Source: an archaeon
GTDB taxonomy: Archaea; Asgardarchaeota; Hermodarchaeia; Hermodarchaeales; Hermodarchaeaceae
DNA: 48,037 nt
NCBI GenBank assembly: GCA_016550485.1
Contig: JABXGV010000027.1
Coordinates: forward strand, 1 to 48,037
Direction: 5' to 3'
Part shown: piece by piece, positions 26,392-35,357 of the stretch
How the letters are laid out: each line of letters begins with the position of its first letter
How positions within the stretch are numbered: the stretch's first letter is position 1
Translations under genes and position numbers: made by a program
Notes under the pieces: generated by a model
Told to the model about the DNA's origin: nothing
Database searches by the model: none
The model's input: only the letters and a program-made list of their open reading frames with translations

Positions 26392-26958
26392 TCAGGAAGT
26401 AGGAAGGTCCCACGTTGTGAACATGCCTGGCGTATACCCTAATGAGGGCGCTAGCCATATTCCAGGAAAGGTTGATACCATGATGTTGAACCTGTTGATT
26501 GCTGCGTTGTAGTCAAGCTTCGCATTAGTGATGCGGTTTTCCGTGCCAGTAATCTCAGCCATCAAGTCTACCCATAGTTCATCAAATTCAACACTAGGGT
26601 AACTCTCAGCCGTTGCGATAAAGAGTGTGAGGTATTGATCCAATTCACCTGAAGCATTTGCAGGCCCATCAACGCCTCCTTGGGCTATTGCCGTTAACCA
26701 TTCCGTACGTAACGCTGTCAGGTTAGTAATCCATTCTGTCATCAGGCTAGTGTAAGATTCAACGATTTCTATCAGCTGAGGAATGAGATCATACTTGCGC
26801 TGATACTGAGTGTAAATATTCTGAAGCTTCAGGTCAACATCCCATCTAGTTGTGACCAGCGAATTGTATGTCAGGAAGTAGAAACCTGCAAAGCCGCCAC
26901 CGATGATGAGGGCGGTGAGTCCTACACAGATTAACGCAGTGCTTGTGCTGCTAGCCAT
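26392..26958 (-). CDS. LemA family protein
   Basis: N-terminal TM helix, then YNSLV..R.DV, YDLIPQLIEIVESY, AESYP, TENRITNAKLDYNAAINRFNIMVSTFPG. Confidence 0.85.
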   Translation of the reverse strand: MASSTSTALICVGLTALIIGGGFAGFYFLTYNSLVTTRWDVDLKLQNIYTQYQRKYDLIPQLIEIVESYTSLMTEWITNLTALRTEWLTAIAQGGVDGPANASGELDQYLTLFIATAESYPSVEFDELWVDLMAEITGTENRITNAKLDYNAAINRFNIMVSTFPGIWLAPSLGYTPGMFTTWDLPTS

Positions 26959-27899
26959 TGTTTTATTTCTCCTTTGTATGGACGGCTTAGTCTGTAGCTA
27001 AAGCCGCCTCCTGCTGTCCTGCCTCCGCCACCAATTACTCTCGTGGCACCGCTGAATGCGGCCGTTCCTCCTAACCCGACGATAAGGGTTGTGACCAAGA
27101 TGGTTAGAGTAGGGTCCAAGAGCCAGGCAAACACCAACAGACCAATGGCAATTAAGAGAGGAATACAGAAGGCTCCAGGGTTTCGACTAAAGAGAAGGTA
27201 AAACATCATCCGGAAATCAATGGCAAGAATGATGCCCAGGACGAATCCGATGAGCTGAGCGTTGTTGAGAACCCAAAGAGCCAGGGGGCTCAGTGGAGGA
27301 AGCTGTGACCGGACCGTCGGGTCATCCTTAAACTCTTCATAGAGAGCAAAGATTCCTTCCTCGAACCCTGTATAGATGTAAGATTCTCCCATGTTGAAAT
27401 AAGTTACAGTTATGTTTACGATATCTTCTGTTTCGCCGTCGGTGATGGCTCCTTCCATGCCTTGGCCTACTTCGATTCTGAACTCGCAATCAAAGTCGAT
27501 TTCGCTGTGCCAGGTGATATAGAGTAGCATTAGGAGCCCGTTGTTAACGTCTGCTTTGCCGATTCCCCATGCATTGAATAATTCGTAGGCGTAGCGTTCT
27601 ATGCTGAGCCCTTCAAGGTCGTTGGTTGTTACCACATAGAGTTCAACTGTTGTTTCCGCTTCGATGTTTCGACAGTACTCTTCGAGGTATTCTTCTTCAT
27701 AACTCCAGAGGGCATGGCCGAAGTCGCTGCACATATAGCCAGAGGGTGCTGGTACAGCACGGACAGGAGTCGCTAACCCCAGTAAAACTAGTACTGTTAT
27801 CATGCTTAGTAGGAGGATTCTAGTTCGTGACGAGAAGGCACTTGACATTACAGTATGATTGTTCTGTTTACGCTTTTGAGCTTTGCGCAGGTAAAACAT
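26931..27899 (-). CDS. TPM-domain membrane protein (YgcG-like), partner of LemA
   Basis: Signal/TM segment, TPM-like core (ELYVVTTNDLEGLSIERYAYELFNAWGIGKADVNNGLLMLL), C-terminal TM helices and a Gly-rich tail (GGGGRTAGGGFS). Overlaps the LemA start by 28 nt. Confidence 0.78.
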   Translation of the reverse strand: MFYLRKAQKRKQNNHTVMSSAFSSRTRILLLSMITVLVLLGLATPVRAVPAPSGYMCSDFGHALWSYEEEYLEEYCRNIEAETTVELYVVTTNDLEGLSIERYAYELFNAWGIGKADVNNGLLMLLYITWHSEIDFDCEFRIEVGQGMEGAITDGETEDIVNITVTYFNMGESYIYTGFEEGIFALYEEFKDDPTVRSQLPPLSPLALWVLNNAQLIGFVLGIILAIDFRMMFYLLFSRNPGAFCIPLLIAIGLLVFAWLLDPTLTILVTTLIVGLGGTAAFSGATRVIGGGGRTAGGGFSYRLSRPYKGEIKQWLAAQALR

Positions 27900-27924
27900 A
27901 CCTTCAATTGAGGTTAGGAGTTTC

Positions 27925-28563
27925 TCATCTAGCTTTGTAGCGTTCCTTTCGACCTAATATTTTCTTCAATTTTTGGAGGTCTACTAGACTATTCACATTT
28001 ATGAAAGTGTGGAGCTTTGGATCGAAGCGTTGTAGGGCGTTTGTTGAGAGGTAAATTACACGATGAAGGGCAGAAATCAGTGCATACATACGGATTTCAT
28101 TTCTTGCCAAGCATTGTTCTGCAACCTGTGCTGCAGTCTCGGTGTGAAACACTGAATGAAGCGGTTCGATCCACCCGTTTGGCCATCGAGGCACTGCTGC
28201 GGCATAACCCTCAACCATGCTCCAAAGGATTTCGAAAAAGATTGGGTGAATGAGCGGTGAATCGCAAGGGAGTAGTTGGGTGTACGGGTACCGGGCGTGT
28301 TTGAATGCTGTCAGAGCCCCAACTAGCGGACATGTTGGTTCTGGCATTACATCCACTATGATTTGATCTATTGGGTAATACTCAGCAAGCTCTGTACGGG
28401 CCTCTTTGGTGTGTACGACTAAGAAGATCTCACTTGCGTGAGCTTGGCATGCTTCAACTGTGTGAAGTATCAGAGGTTTGCCTGCTACCATTGCAAGTGG
28501 TTTAGGCTGCTGGAATCGATTACTTTGCCCGCCTGCAAGGATTGCCACACTCACTTGGATCAC
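27925..28563 (-). CDS. mobA: molybdenum cofactor guanylyltransferase
   Basis: VAILAGGQSNRF...KPLAMVAGKPLILH N-terminal nucleotide-binding signature. 212 aa. Confidence 0.85.
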   Translation of the reverse strand: MIQVSVAILAGGQSNRFQQPKPLAMVAGKPLILHTVEACQAHASEIFLVVHTKEARTELAEYYPIDQIIVDVMPEPTCPLVGALTAFKHARYPYTQLLPCDSPLIHPIFFEILWSMVEGYAAAVPRWPNGWIEPLHSVFHTETAAQVAEQCLARNEIRMYALISALHRVIYLSTNALQRFDPKLHTFINVNSLVDLQKLKKILGRKERYKAR

Positions 28564-28983
28564 TCTGAGTACACTCGCTTTGTTTACTTGTATTGTGTCG
28601 CCTGAACCACGTTGGGTGACTTAAAAGTAATGCAAGAATTATACGAGTCCGTATTCACTGAATTCAACTGTAGCCACTAGTTGAATTGTCATATAGCATA
28701 CCCTCTCGTTCTTCGGAGGGTCTCCCCTCCTTCCGGCAAATTTCCTGACTCCCGCTTCCATATAAGGGGCATAATAGTCAGTTTGGGTAACGTAGATATG
28801 GAAATAGGGTGATTAAAAGCGCTTTTTTGAGATAAAAACGTTAAACCGTGTCGTATGTGCAGTTTAAGGACTTCTTATTCACAAAAGAGCCGTTTTAATT
28901 GAGAGCTAATCGAACTTCGTTGTGTTTCCCCCTATATTTTCCAATGAAATTCTCGCGAAAACCGTGCTCTTAAATCGTAATCC

Positions 28984-29196
28984 ATGGTATTATCAGTCAT
29001 GAGTATTCGTGCAGAGGTATCACTCGCTCAGCTGCTTCAGAGGATACTCTCTCGGGTCATCCCAGAAGACAGGAAGAATTTGGAACAATTCCTTGTCAAT
29101 GTAACGATTTTTATCAAGAGAGCGAGAGGGATGAAATTAACAGAGCAGGAGCAAGTTCACCCAGCACACCCAGATTTTGCCCATTATCATTACTAG
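28984..29196 (+). CDS. possible small hypothetical protein (70 aa)
   Basis: The only ORF of 60 aa or more in a 656-bp gap. ATG start and a helical-looking sequence. No homology recognised. Could be non-coding. Confidence 0.25.
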   Translation: MVLSVMSIRAEVSLAQLLQRILSRVIPEDRKNLEQFLVNVTIFIKRARGMKLTEQEQVHPAHPDFAHYHY

Positions 29197-29219
29197 GAAT
29201 TACCAAGATATCTTCTCTA

Positions 29220-30164
29220 TTATTGAGATTCGCGTATTACTTGGAAGAACCTATCGACGATACGGGAGGCGATATCAAAGTTCGTAACCTGTTGAAGCCC
29301 TTGCCACCCACTACTACTATTTACCTCTGTAACAACAAGTCCATGTGGCGTTTCAAGGATGTCGATGCCAGCGTACTCGAGGCCAATAATATCCGTGCAC
29401 TGAATAGCGAGTTTTTCGAGCTCGGAGGTAAGAGGACAATGTTTAGGATCGGCTCCATGTCGGATTGTAGTTTTCCAGTCCGAGCCAACCCGGTACATAG
29501 CGGCAATGGCTTCACCGCCAATAACGAATACTCGGATATCCTGATGCCCATGTTCTAGGTATTCTTGGACATACATGACATAATGGCTAGCTTCTAAGGC
29601 ACGGAACACGCGGCGGGCAATTTCATGGTCGTCGACACGTGTCATGCCTACACCACCTGAACCAAAGAGTGGCTTAACTACCACGTCTTTGAAGCGGCGG
29701 AAGGCGCGAAGCGCATCTCTTGCGTATTGAGTCACAACTGTTCGGGGAACCGGGACACCTGCCATATCCAATAATCTCAATGTGTAGTACTTGTCTACTG
29801 CCTTCTCGATAGCGCTTGGTCTGTTCATGAATGGGATCCCCAAACGTTCTAGACAATGAAGAAGATCCATTCGAAGAATCACTTGCTCTAGAGAACCACC
29901 CGGAACTGCTCGTGTCAGTATTCCATCTAGTCTAGTGAGATCCTGCTTCTTACATTGAGCAAGAGGCTTTGTATCAGCAACACGGACCACACTCTCAGAG
30001 ACATCGAATACAATGCAGTCCACTTCCCTTCCTTGGATATCAGAAATCAGTCTACTGGTTTCCCAACCCTCAGGTTCCGCTGAGGCAACTCCTACCTTTC
30101 TGATTTGTTTTACATCTGTGGTTGGCATATACTCACCGACGGAAAATGTCCTTAGCTTCTTCAC
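29220..30164 (-). CDS. RimK-type ATP-grasp glutamate ligase (CofF / MptN-like)
   Basis: ATP-grasp motifs VVVKPLFGSGGVGMTRV, IRVFVIGGEAIAAMYR, AGIDILETPHGLVVTEVNSSSGWQGL. Immediately downstream of cofE. ATG at 30128 would remove the 32-nt overlap. Confidence 0.85.
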   Translation of the reverse strand: MKKLRTFSVGEYMPTTDVKQIRKVGVASAEPEGWETSRLISDIQGREVDCIVFDVSESVVRVADTKPLAQCKKQDLTRLDGILTRAVPGGSLEQVILRMDLLHCLERLGIPFMNRPSAIEKAVDKYYTLRLLDMAGVPVPRTVVTQYARDALRAFRRFKDVVVKPLFGSGGVGMTRVDDHEIARRVFRALEASHYVMYVQEYLEHGHQDIRVFVIGGEAIAAMYRVGSDWKTTIRHGADPKHCPLTSELEKLAIQCTDIIGLEYAGIDILETPHGLVVTEVNSSSGWQGLQQVTNFDIASRIVDRFFQVIRESQ

Positions 30165-30912
30165 GGACTAGAGCCCGTGCTGAGGTTTCTGCTCTTTCAA
30201 AGGGGTAGCCGCGGATGACTACGACCGGGATTCCTTCGTTTGCTTCCCCCATCACTAGCTCTGCTGCTGAAGCCAGCTCATCAGCTACTGCAACTGATGT
30301 TGAGCGAAGGGTATACTCAAAGAGGTCTGGTTGGCCTACAAAAATCTTCAGGGGTGCAATTCCTGAGGTGCCGATTGCCACGTTAATTGCTCCGTTCCGG
30401 AAAGGACGACCGTGAGTGTCTGAGATAATCACCGCAACATCAACACCGAAATCGTGTTTCACCTTTCTTCGTATTTGCTTGGCTGAATAATCAGGATCCT
30501 CAGGGAGTAGTGTTACGTGGTTTCGACGATGCACGTTAGATGAATCAACTCCTGCATTTGCACAGACGAAGCCATGAGGCGTCTCGACAATCAGATGCCC
30601 CTGTTCGGCCCGGACTACTCGTTTTGAAGCCCGAAGGATTACCTCTACCAGCTCTGGACGCTTGCCTAGCTTTGACGCAAGTCTTCGAGCTCGGCGAGAG
30701 GGGGTTATTGATGCTAAATCTATAATGGCACCCTCAGCACGTGACACTACGGTCTGGGCAATCACCAAGATGTCACCTTCCTCCAATGCAAAGTTTATCT
30801 CTCGGCATGTTGCACAAATGGATGCGCCAACATCATCGCCCTCTTTGATAATGCCTAGTCCTTTGAGTGGTATTACTGAGAAGGAAGCTGGTGAAGTTGT
30901 AGGTTGCATCAT
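30133..30912 (-). CDS. cofE: coenzyme F420-0:L-glutamate ligase
   Basis: VIPLKGLGIIKEGDDVGASI...EGDILVIAQTVVSRAEG, VCANAGVDSSN, IISDTHGRPFRNG. Confidence 0.9.
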   Translation of the reverse strand: MMQPTTSPASFSVIPLKGLGIIKEGDDVGASICATCREINFALEEGDILVIAQTVVSRAEGAIIDLASITPSRRARRLASKLGKRPELVEVILRASKRVVRAEQGHLIVETPHGFVCANAGVDSSNVHRRNHVTLLPEDPDYSAKQIRRKVKHDFGVDVAVIISDTHGRPFRNGAINVAIGTSGIAPLKIFVGQPDLFEYTLRSTSVAVADELASAAELVMGEANEGIPVVVIRGYPFERAETSARALVREEAKDIFRR

Positions 30913-30985
30913 AATCGTTCAAACCCAGCGGAAATCAGTGTTTCTGGTTTAAGAGTTTGACGAGTTTAGCGGCACAAACCAGAGC

Positions 30986-30994
30986 ATATAAAAA
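30986..30994 (+). promoter_or_regulatory. TATA-like box upstream of the gelsolin gene
   Basis: ATATAAAAA, 35 nt upstream of ATG 31029. Confidence 0.3.
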
Positions 30995-31028
30995 CGTCTC
31001 GATAACAAAGAGCGTGGACGTGGCAACA

Positions 31029-31634
31029 ATGACCAAGTTCACTAAGTATCATGTCGCAAAGGCCCAAATACACAAAGTACCAGAAGAGCTTATCGAAGAT
31101 TTTGCTGAGGGTGATGTCTATCTAGTAGACACTGGTTCAATCATTTATCTCTGGTGCGGCAAGGCCGCATCGCCTGATGAGAAATTTTTTGGAGCGATAA
31201 GTTCGGTTATGGGTGATCGGACACGTAGGGGTCGAACACGTCTTGTTACCGTGGATCAGGGAGAAGAGCCGAAAGAATTTCTTGCCCTTTTTGGTGGCGG
31301 CATCAAAGTCACAGCCCAAGATACTGAAGGGATATTAAGACGTGTAGCACTAAAGAAGCGTGATTACAAGCTTTTCCGAGTTCACATAGAAGGAGATGTT
31401 AGTCTTTTCTATGAAGTGAAACGCACCCGTTCCTCGTTAACCTCCGATGATGTTTATCTCCTAGACACTTTCAACAAGATATTCATATGGCACGGAACGG
31501 GGTCGACTAGTGAGGAAAAGGAGACTGGCTTTATTATTGCACAAAAATACGATGCGGAACGAGCAGGAGTCCAAGAAATCGTACCCATAGTAGAAGGAGA
31601 AGAAAGCAAGGAATTCCTCAAAGCACTAAAATAA
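31029..31634 (+). CDS. two-domain gelsolin/villin-type actin-regulator homolog (Asgard 2DGel-like)
   Basis: Two gelsolin repeats. Repeat 1: DVYLVDTGSIIYLWCGKAASPDEKFFGA...VDQGEEPKEFLALFGG. Repeat 2: KLFRVH...LTSDDVYLLDTFNKIFIWHGTGSTSEEKETG...VEGEESKEFLKAL. The ORF is open from TTG 30957, but a TATA-like box at 30986-30994 favours ATG 31029. Confidence 0.9.
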   Translation: MTKFTKYHVAKAQIHKVPEELIEDFAEGDVYLVDTGSIIYLWCGKAASPDEKFFGAISSVMGDRTRRGRTRLVTVDQGEEPKEFLALFGGGIKVTAQDTEGILRRVALKKRDYKLFRVHIEGDVSLFYEVKRTRSSLTSDDVYLLDTFNKIFIWHGTGSTSEEKETGFIIAQKYDAERAGVQEIVPIVEGEESKEFLKALK

Positions 31635-31707
31635 GGTCTAGAAAACCCAGAGGAGTAGCTTTCTAAACCCTCAAAGGTAAGAGTTACTCTTCTCCATTTA
31701 TTAGCCT

Positions 31708-32100
31708 CTAATCTGACTGAATAGACTTGGCTAAAATTAGACTAACAAACTCACCAAGTCTACCGGACTGCTTTATCGTTTTGAGAAGCCGCACTTCAAG
31801 ACTAGACCTATCTTGAAGAATAGTATTGTCTCGTACAATTGCCAGTTCCACAAGAAGGTTCTGAACACGATGGAGTTCAGCATGTTTAACTAAAGAGGTT
31901 AATCTTTCAAGGATTCGAAATAAATCATCAAGTGTAACATCTTCAAATCGCTGAGCTATAGAGGGAACTGGTCGACCCTCTAGATAGTCTAAAGTGAGTT
32001 GCCAAAGGTCGGAGATTCCACTTGTTTTTCCTTGATTCACAGAACTCCCCCTAGGAGATGCCACGCCTGTCACCCCCTTTGAAGATTCAGGTGGAATCAA
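31708..32100 (-). CDS. hypothetical protein (130 aa)
   Basis: ORF overlapping the upstream gene by 14 nt (operon-like). Disordered N-terminus, then a helical region (LDDLFRILERLTSLVKHAELHRVQNLLVELA). No family recognised. Confidence 0.5.
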   Translation of the reverse strand: MIPPESSKGVTGVASPRGSSVNQGKTSGISDLWQLTLDYLEGRPVPSIAQRFEDVTLDDLFRILERLTSLVKHAELHRVQNLLVELAIVRDNTILQDRSSLEVRLLKTIKQSGRLGEFVSLILAKSIQSD

Positions 32101-32404
32101 CTGCTTTTTCTGGTGTTATGCTGACACACACACCGTTAATGTGCCTCTCAACAGAGACAACCCCAGAGAAGCCATAAACCTCTTGGACGAGTTCTATCAA
32201 TAAACTACCTATTGCTCCGATTTCTCGGAGGTTTTCAATACCAGTTTTAGGTGTCACAACTAACACGACTCGATGATGGTCATCGATGTCGTATCTTTCT
32301 CGATGTATTTGCGTTATTTTTCCTATAGCCAAATTATTCACCTCGATATCGTTTCCGCATTTGGGAACACATATTCTCTCGCCTTTAAAGCAGCAGGAAC
32401 ACAC
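32087..32404 (-). CDS. hypothetical protein (105 aa) with Cys-rich N-terminus
   Basis: MCSCCFKGERICVPKC followed by an alpha/beta-looking domain. No family recognised. Confidence 0.5.
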   Translation of the reverse strand: MCSCCFKGERICVPKCGNDIEVNNLAIGKITQIHRERYDIDDHHRVVLVVTPKTGIENLREIGAIGSLLIELVQEVYGFSGVVSVERHINGVCVSITPEKAVDST

Positions 32405-32800
32405 GGTTTATGCTGGATCTGGTTGTGGTGGCAGTCGTGGATCCATGCGCTTTCACCTCCAACTTCTACCTTCTTTCGAGCGTCCTCCAAACGAACTGAT
32501 TGATCCTCCCAAGGAGAATCCCTGGATAATTGGTCTCCTTCCCTCTAGAAAGCTTGCGGCTACCCTCCCGAGAGAACTCTCAGTTCCATTAATAGAAACT
32601 AATCCGGTCTTTTTATAGAATTCCTTTTTGAGGTGGAGTAAGTTTAATTTACACTTTAAATCCCTAATAAAGGGCTATTTGAGCCTGTTACAGCTTTTTG
32701 GTCGATTTATGTCATTATATAGACGTTTAAGGCGTTCTTGTGCATCTTTGTAGATTGATGCTTCGTCAGAAAGAAAGTTTTTCCCCTAGATAGTTACATT

Positions 32801-34240
32801 GTGTCGATGATGAAACCGCTGGAGACAAAAACGGAGCCACTTGTTTTGCTAGGACTTGTAAAAGAGAGAGTCCGACAAAACATTCATTCTCAGCGAGAAA
32901 GAAGCGTAATCGAGTTATTACTGGATAATCTGATTGTATACTCAAAGAGAGTTATGGGAGTACAACTGACAGAGGCCGATTTGCGTCTACCAGAACATCA
33001 GCGTTGCAGCGGTATAAGCGCAGTTCCTAGCCAAATCGTCCTTGACCAGTTAACTCGTCGACTACGCGTAGTACTTCGATTCAATATCACCTCACCAGAC
33101 AAGCTAGAACGTGATCTTCTGTACGGGATATTTCCTTGGAAAGTAGATTCTTTGACCACCAGAGAGGTTTCGCTTCTTTACTTTCTCTACCAGCACCCAG
33201 AGGCTTCACCACCACTTATCGCTAGGGAGTTGAAGACAAGCCCCCCTACAATTCGAACACAGATGCATGCACTGGTAGAAAAGGCTGGCCTACGATTTGC
33301 ACATTTTGTAGATTGGCGGAGATTCAAGTTTCGATTCTTTATTGTATGTTTCGAAACATGGTCGAGTAAAGGTTCTCAACAACTAAAACAGATTCTTGGA
33401 AAAGCAATGTCAACGTATCGGAGAGCATTCACCCTTGACATTACTCACCGGCTTGGTTGGATATCATTCCAAATTCCAGACCAAGCAAAGCCACTGCAAT
33501 TGTTTCAGCGCCAACTCGCACAACTGGAGGAAGCATTTTTTGAGAAAGTGCAGATTCACGACGTTTCCAAATATTATTTTTCAATTGGTTTTGACTCCTT
33601 TGACTTCGGAACAGGAAACTGGCACATCGAGGGAGATGTCTCGACTCTAGGACTGCTGACTTTCGCTAAAGAGAATTGGGAGGTACTACCGAGACCTCAA
33701 GGAATAACCTATACCCAATCAAGACCCTTCGATCAACTGGACTACTATATTGCTACCTTCCTCGCTGGTGACGGCAGAGCAAGGATGGACAAACTTAAGA
33801 ACCGATTGAAAGGGGTGGGATTAACAATTCCAAGAACGACTATATCTACCCGGAAAAGCCAATTGCTCCAAGAAAAGGCAATAGTGCCCTTCACGCTGTT
33901 TGGTTCGCCTTTACTTTCAAGCTTCATCACATTCGCTTTTCGGTGCGACCCGGAGATAACAGAGCAGTTGTTAATTAGCATTGCACAGATGCCAATCGCT
34001 TTCGCGTATGCATCTAACATCGGGTGTTTTCTATCGGTACACTTACCAAGCCAGAGCCTTGGAACAATTATTCACTTATTTTCTTCACTTATTGAGGAAG
34101 AAGGAGTGGAGGAGGTTCTTCAAATCCAACAACCTAGAAATCTGGGCTCAAGAACCCCTCCGCTAGGACCTAAATGGAATGGTAGCTATTGGACATGGCA
34201 AGAGAAGGAATTCCTCCTACCATCGCTGGGATTAAAATAG
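32801..34240 (+). CDS. hypothetical protein with two HTH-like modules (putative DNA-binding regulator)
   Basis: 479 aa. Two segments look like winged-helix HTH followed by a beta-rich module: LTTREVSLLYFLYQHPEASPPLIARELKTSPPTIRTQMHALVEKAGL and DQLDYYIATFLAGDGRARMDKLKNRLKGVGLTIPRTTISTRKSQLLQEKAIV. GTG 32801 or ATG 32807/32810 start. Confidence 0.55.
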   Translation: MSMMKPLETKTEPLVLLGLVKERVRQNIHSQRERSVIELLLDNLIVYSKRVMGVQLTEADLRLPEHQRCSGISAVPSQIVLDQLTRRLRVVLRFNITSPDKLERDLLYGIFPWKVDSLTTREVSLLYFLYQHPEASPPLIARELKTSPPTIRTQMHALVEKAGLRFAHFVDWRRFKFRFFIVCFETWSSKGSQQLKQILGKAMSTYRRAFTLDITHRLGWISFQIPDQAKPLQLFQRQLAQLEEAFFEKVQIHDVSKYYFSIGFDSFDFGTGNWHIEGDVSTLGLLTFAKENWEVLPRPQGITYTQSRPFDQLDYYIATFLAGDGRARMDKLKNRLKGVGLTIPRTTISTRKSQLLQEKAIVPFTLFGSPLLSSFITFAFRCDPEITEQLLISIAQMPIAFAYASNIGCFLSVHLPSQSLGTIIHLFSSLIEEEGVEEVLQIQQPRNLGSRTPPLGPKWNGSYWTWQEKEFLLPSLGLK

Positions 34241-34271
34241 ACGCAGCTGTTCTTCATTCTCGGTTAGAGAT

Positions 34272-35288
34272 ATGCTCAATCGAACTGCTCGTGAAGGCGA
34301 TTTCATCGAGACAAGGGAGGGATTAATTTTTGATGTAAAAGGGTTGGTTCATCCACCAGACCGGACCATTGCGTTTTTACGCTACTACCCCTCCGAGACT
34401 GGTACTCGTCAACGAGAAGGATGTACCTACACAAAAGTTTACAATCTAGAAGAACGATTCAAAGTCTTACATCAGAAATATCCTCAGTTCCTCTACGAAG
34501 ACCCGATATTTGGGCGAAGGCTTCAGGGTGTCCCACTGTCATCCATAAGGCATGTTTACCAACCCACTGCCGTACTTGAGCAGTTACAATCTCAAAATCG
34601 AAGAGATTCACTTCAAGAAGACGTTGTCACTTTTGCTAAGATAATTCAACAAGCGTCGCAAGTCAGCCCCAAGGCGCTAGGAATCTCAGGAAGTATTTTA
34701 GTAAATTTGCATCAGCCAGATTCTGACATTGATCTTATCGTGTACGGTCGCCAAGCTGCAGAAAGACTACAGGCTGCATTAAAGCGAATCCATCAAAAGC
34801 CTGACCAAAATATCGCAGGTTATAGCCGCGCTACGTACCAACCAATTTACGACCTAAGATGGAAAGGCAGCGGTATTTCCTTCGAAGAAGCCCTTCAAAT
34901 TGATGGCCCAAAAGCAATGCATGGTACATACCGTAATCGCCATTACTTCATTCGCGCGATATTAGACTGGGACGAGTTGGAGGAAAAGTATGGTGATCGG
35001 CGATACCGTCAAATTGGCTACGCCCAAGCACAAGTCCTTATCACCGACCATGCTGATGGATTATTTACTCCCTGCCGCTACGAAATAGAAGAAGTAAACT
35101 TGCCTAATGCAAAAAGGGTCCGAGAAATTGTGAGTTTTCGTGGACGATTCAGTGAACATGTCCAACAAGGTGATGTAGTTATAGTGCGCGGAACTTTAGA
35201 AGAAGTTATTACGAAAGACGATAAGTGGGCTCGATTTCTACTAGGGAATACTCCAGAAGACCTTCTTATCTCCGAAAGACTAGCCTGA
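34272..35288 (+). CDS. Pol-beta-superfamily nucleotidyltransferase with N-terminal archaeal-specific domain and OB-like C-terminus (COG1665-like), predicted active copy
   Basis: NTase signature GISGSILVNLHQPDSDIDLIVYG (G-S, then DxD). N-terminal DFIETREGLIFDVKGLVHPPDRTIAFLRYYP. Clear paralog of the next gene. Confidence 0.72.
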   Translation: MLNRTAREGDFIETREGLIFDVKGLVHPPDRTIAFLRYYPSETGTRQREGCTYTKVYNLEERFKVLHQKYPQFLYEDPIFGRRLQGVPLSSIRHVYQPTAVLEQLQSQNRRDSLQEDVVTFAKIIQQASQVSPKALGISGSILVNLHQPDSDIDLIVYGRQAAERLQAALKRIHQKPDQNIAGYSRATYQPIYDLRWKGSGISFEEALQIDGPKAMHGTYRNRHYFIRAILDWDELEEKYGDRRYRQIGYAQAQVLITDHADGLFTPCRYEIEEVNLPNAKRVREIVSFRGRFSEHVQQGDVVIVRGTLEEVITKDDKWARFLLGNTPEDLLISERLA

Positions 35289-35357
35289 TATGGCGCCACA
35301 AACATCAGATTTTTCTGTGTTCAACAAGTCTAGTCAGTGAAGTGGAGCATATCGTAA

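Noticed and set aside
28715-28745. The minus strand reads GUCAGGAAAUUUGCCGGAAGGAGGGG, reminiscent of the SRP RNA helix-8 GGAA tetraloop region.
   Set aside because: The conserved AGCA/asymmetric-loop partner and the long flanking helices expected for a ~300-nt archaeal 7S RNA are not visible. The surrounding sequence is AT-rich rather than structured and GC-rich.
30957-31028. TTG-initiated 24-aa N-terminal extension of the gelsolin ORF.
   Set aside because: A TATA-like box (30986-30994) lies inside the extension, and the extension adds no gelsolin-domain sequence. ATG 31029 is preferred.
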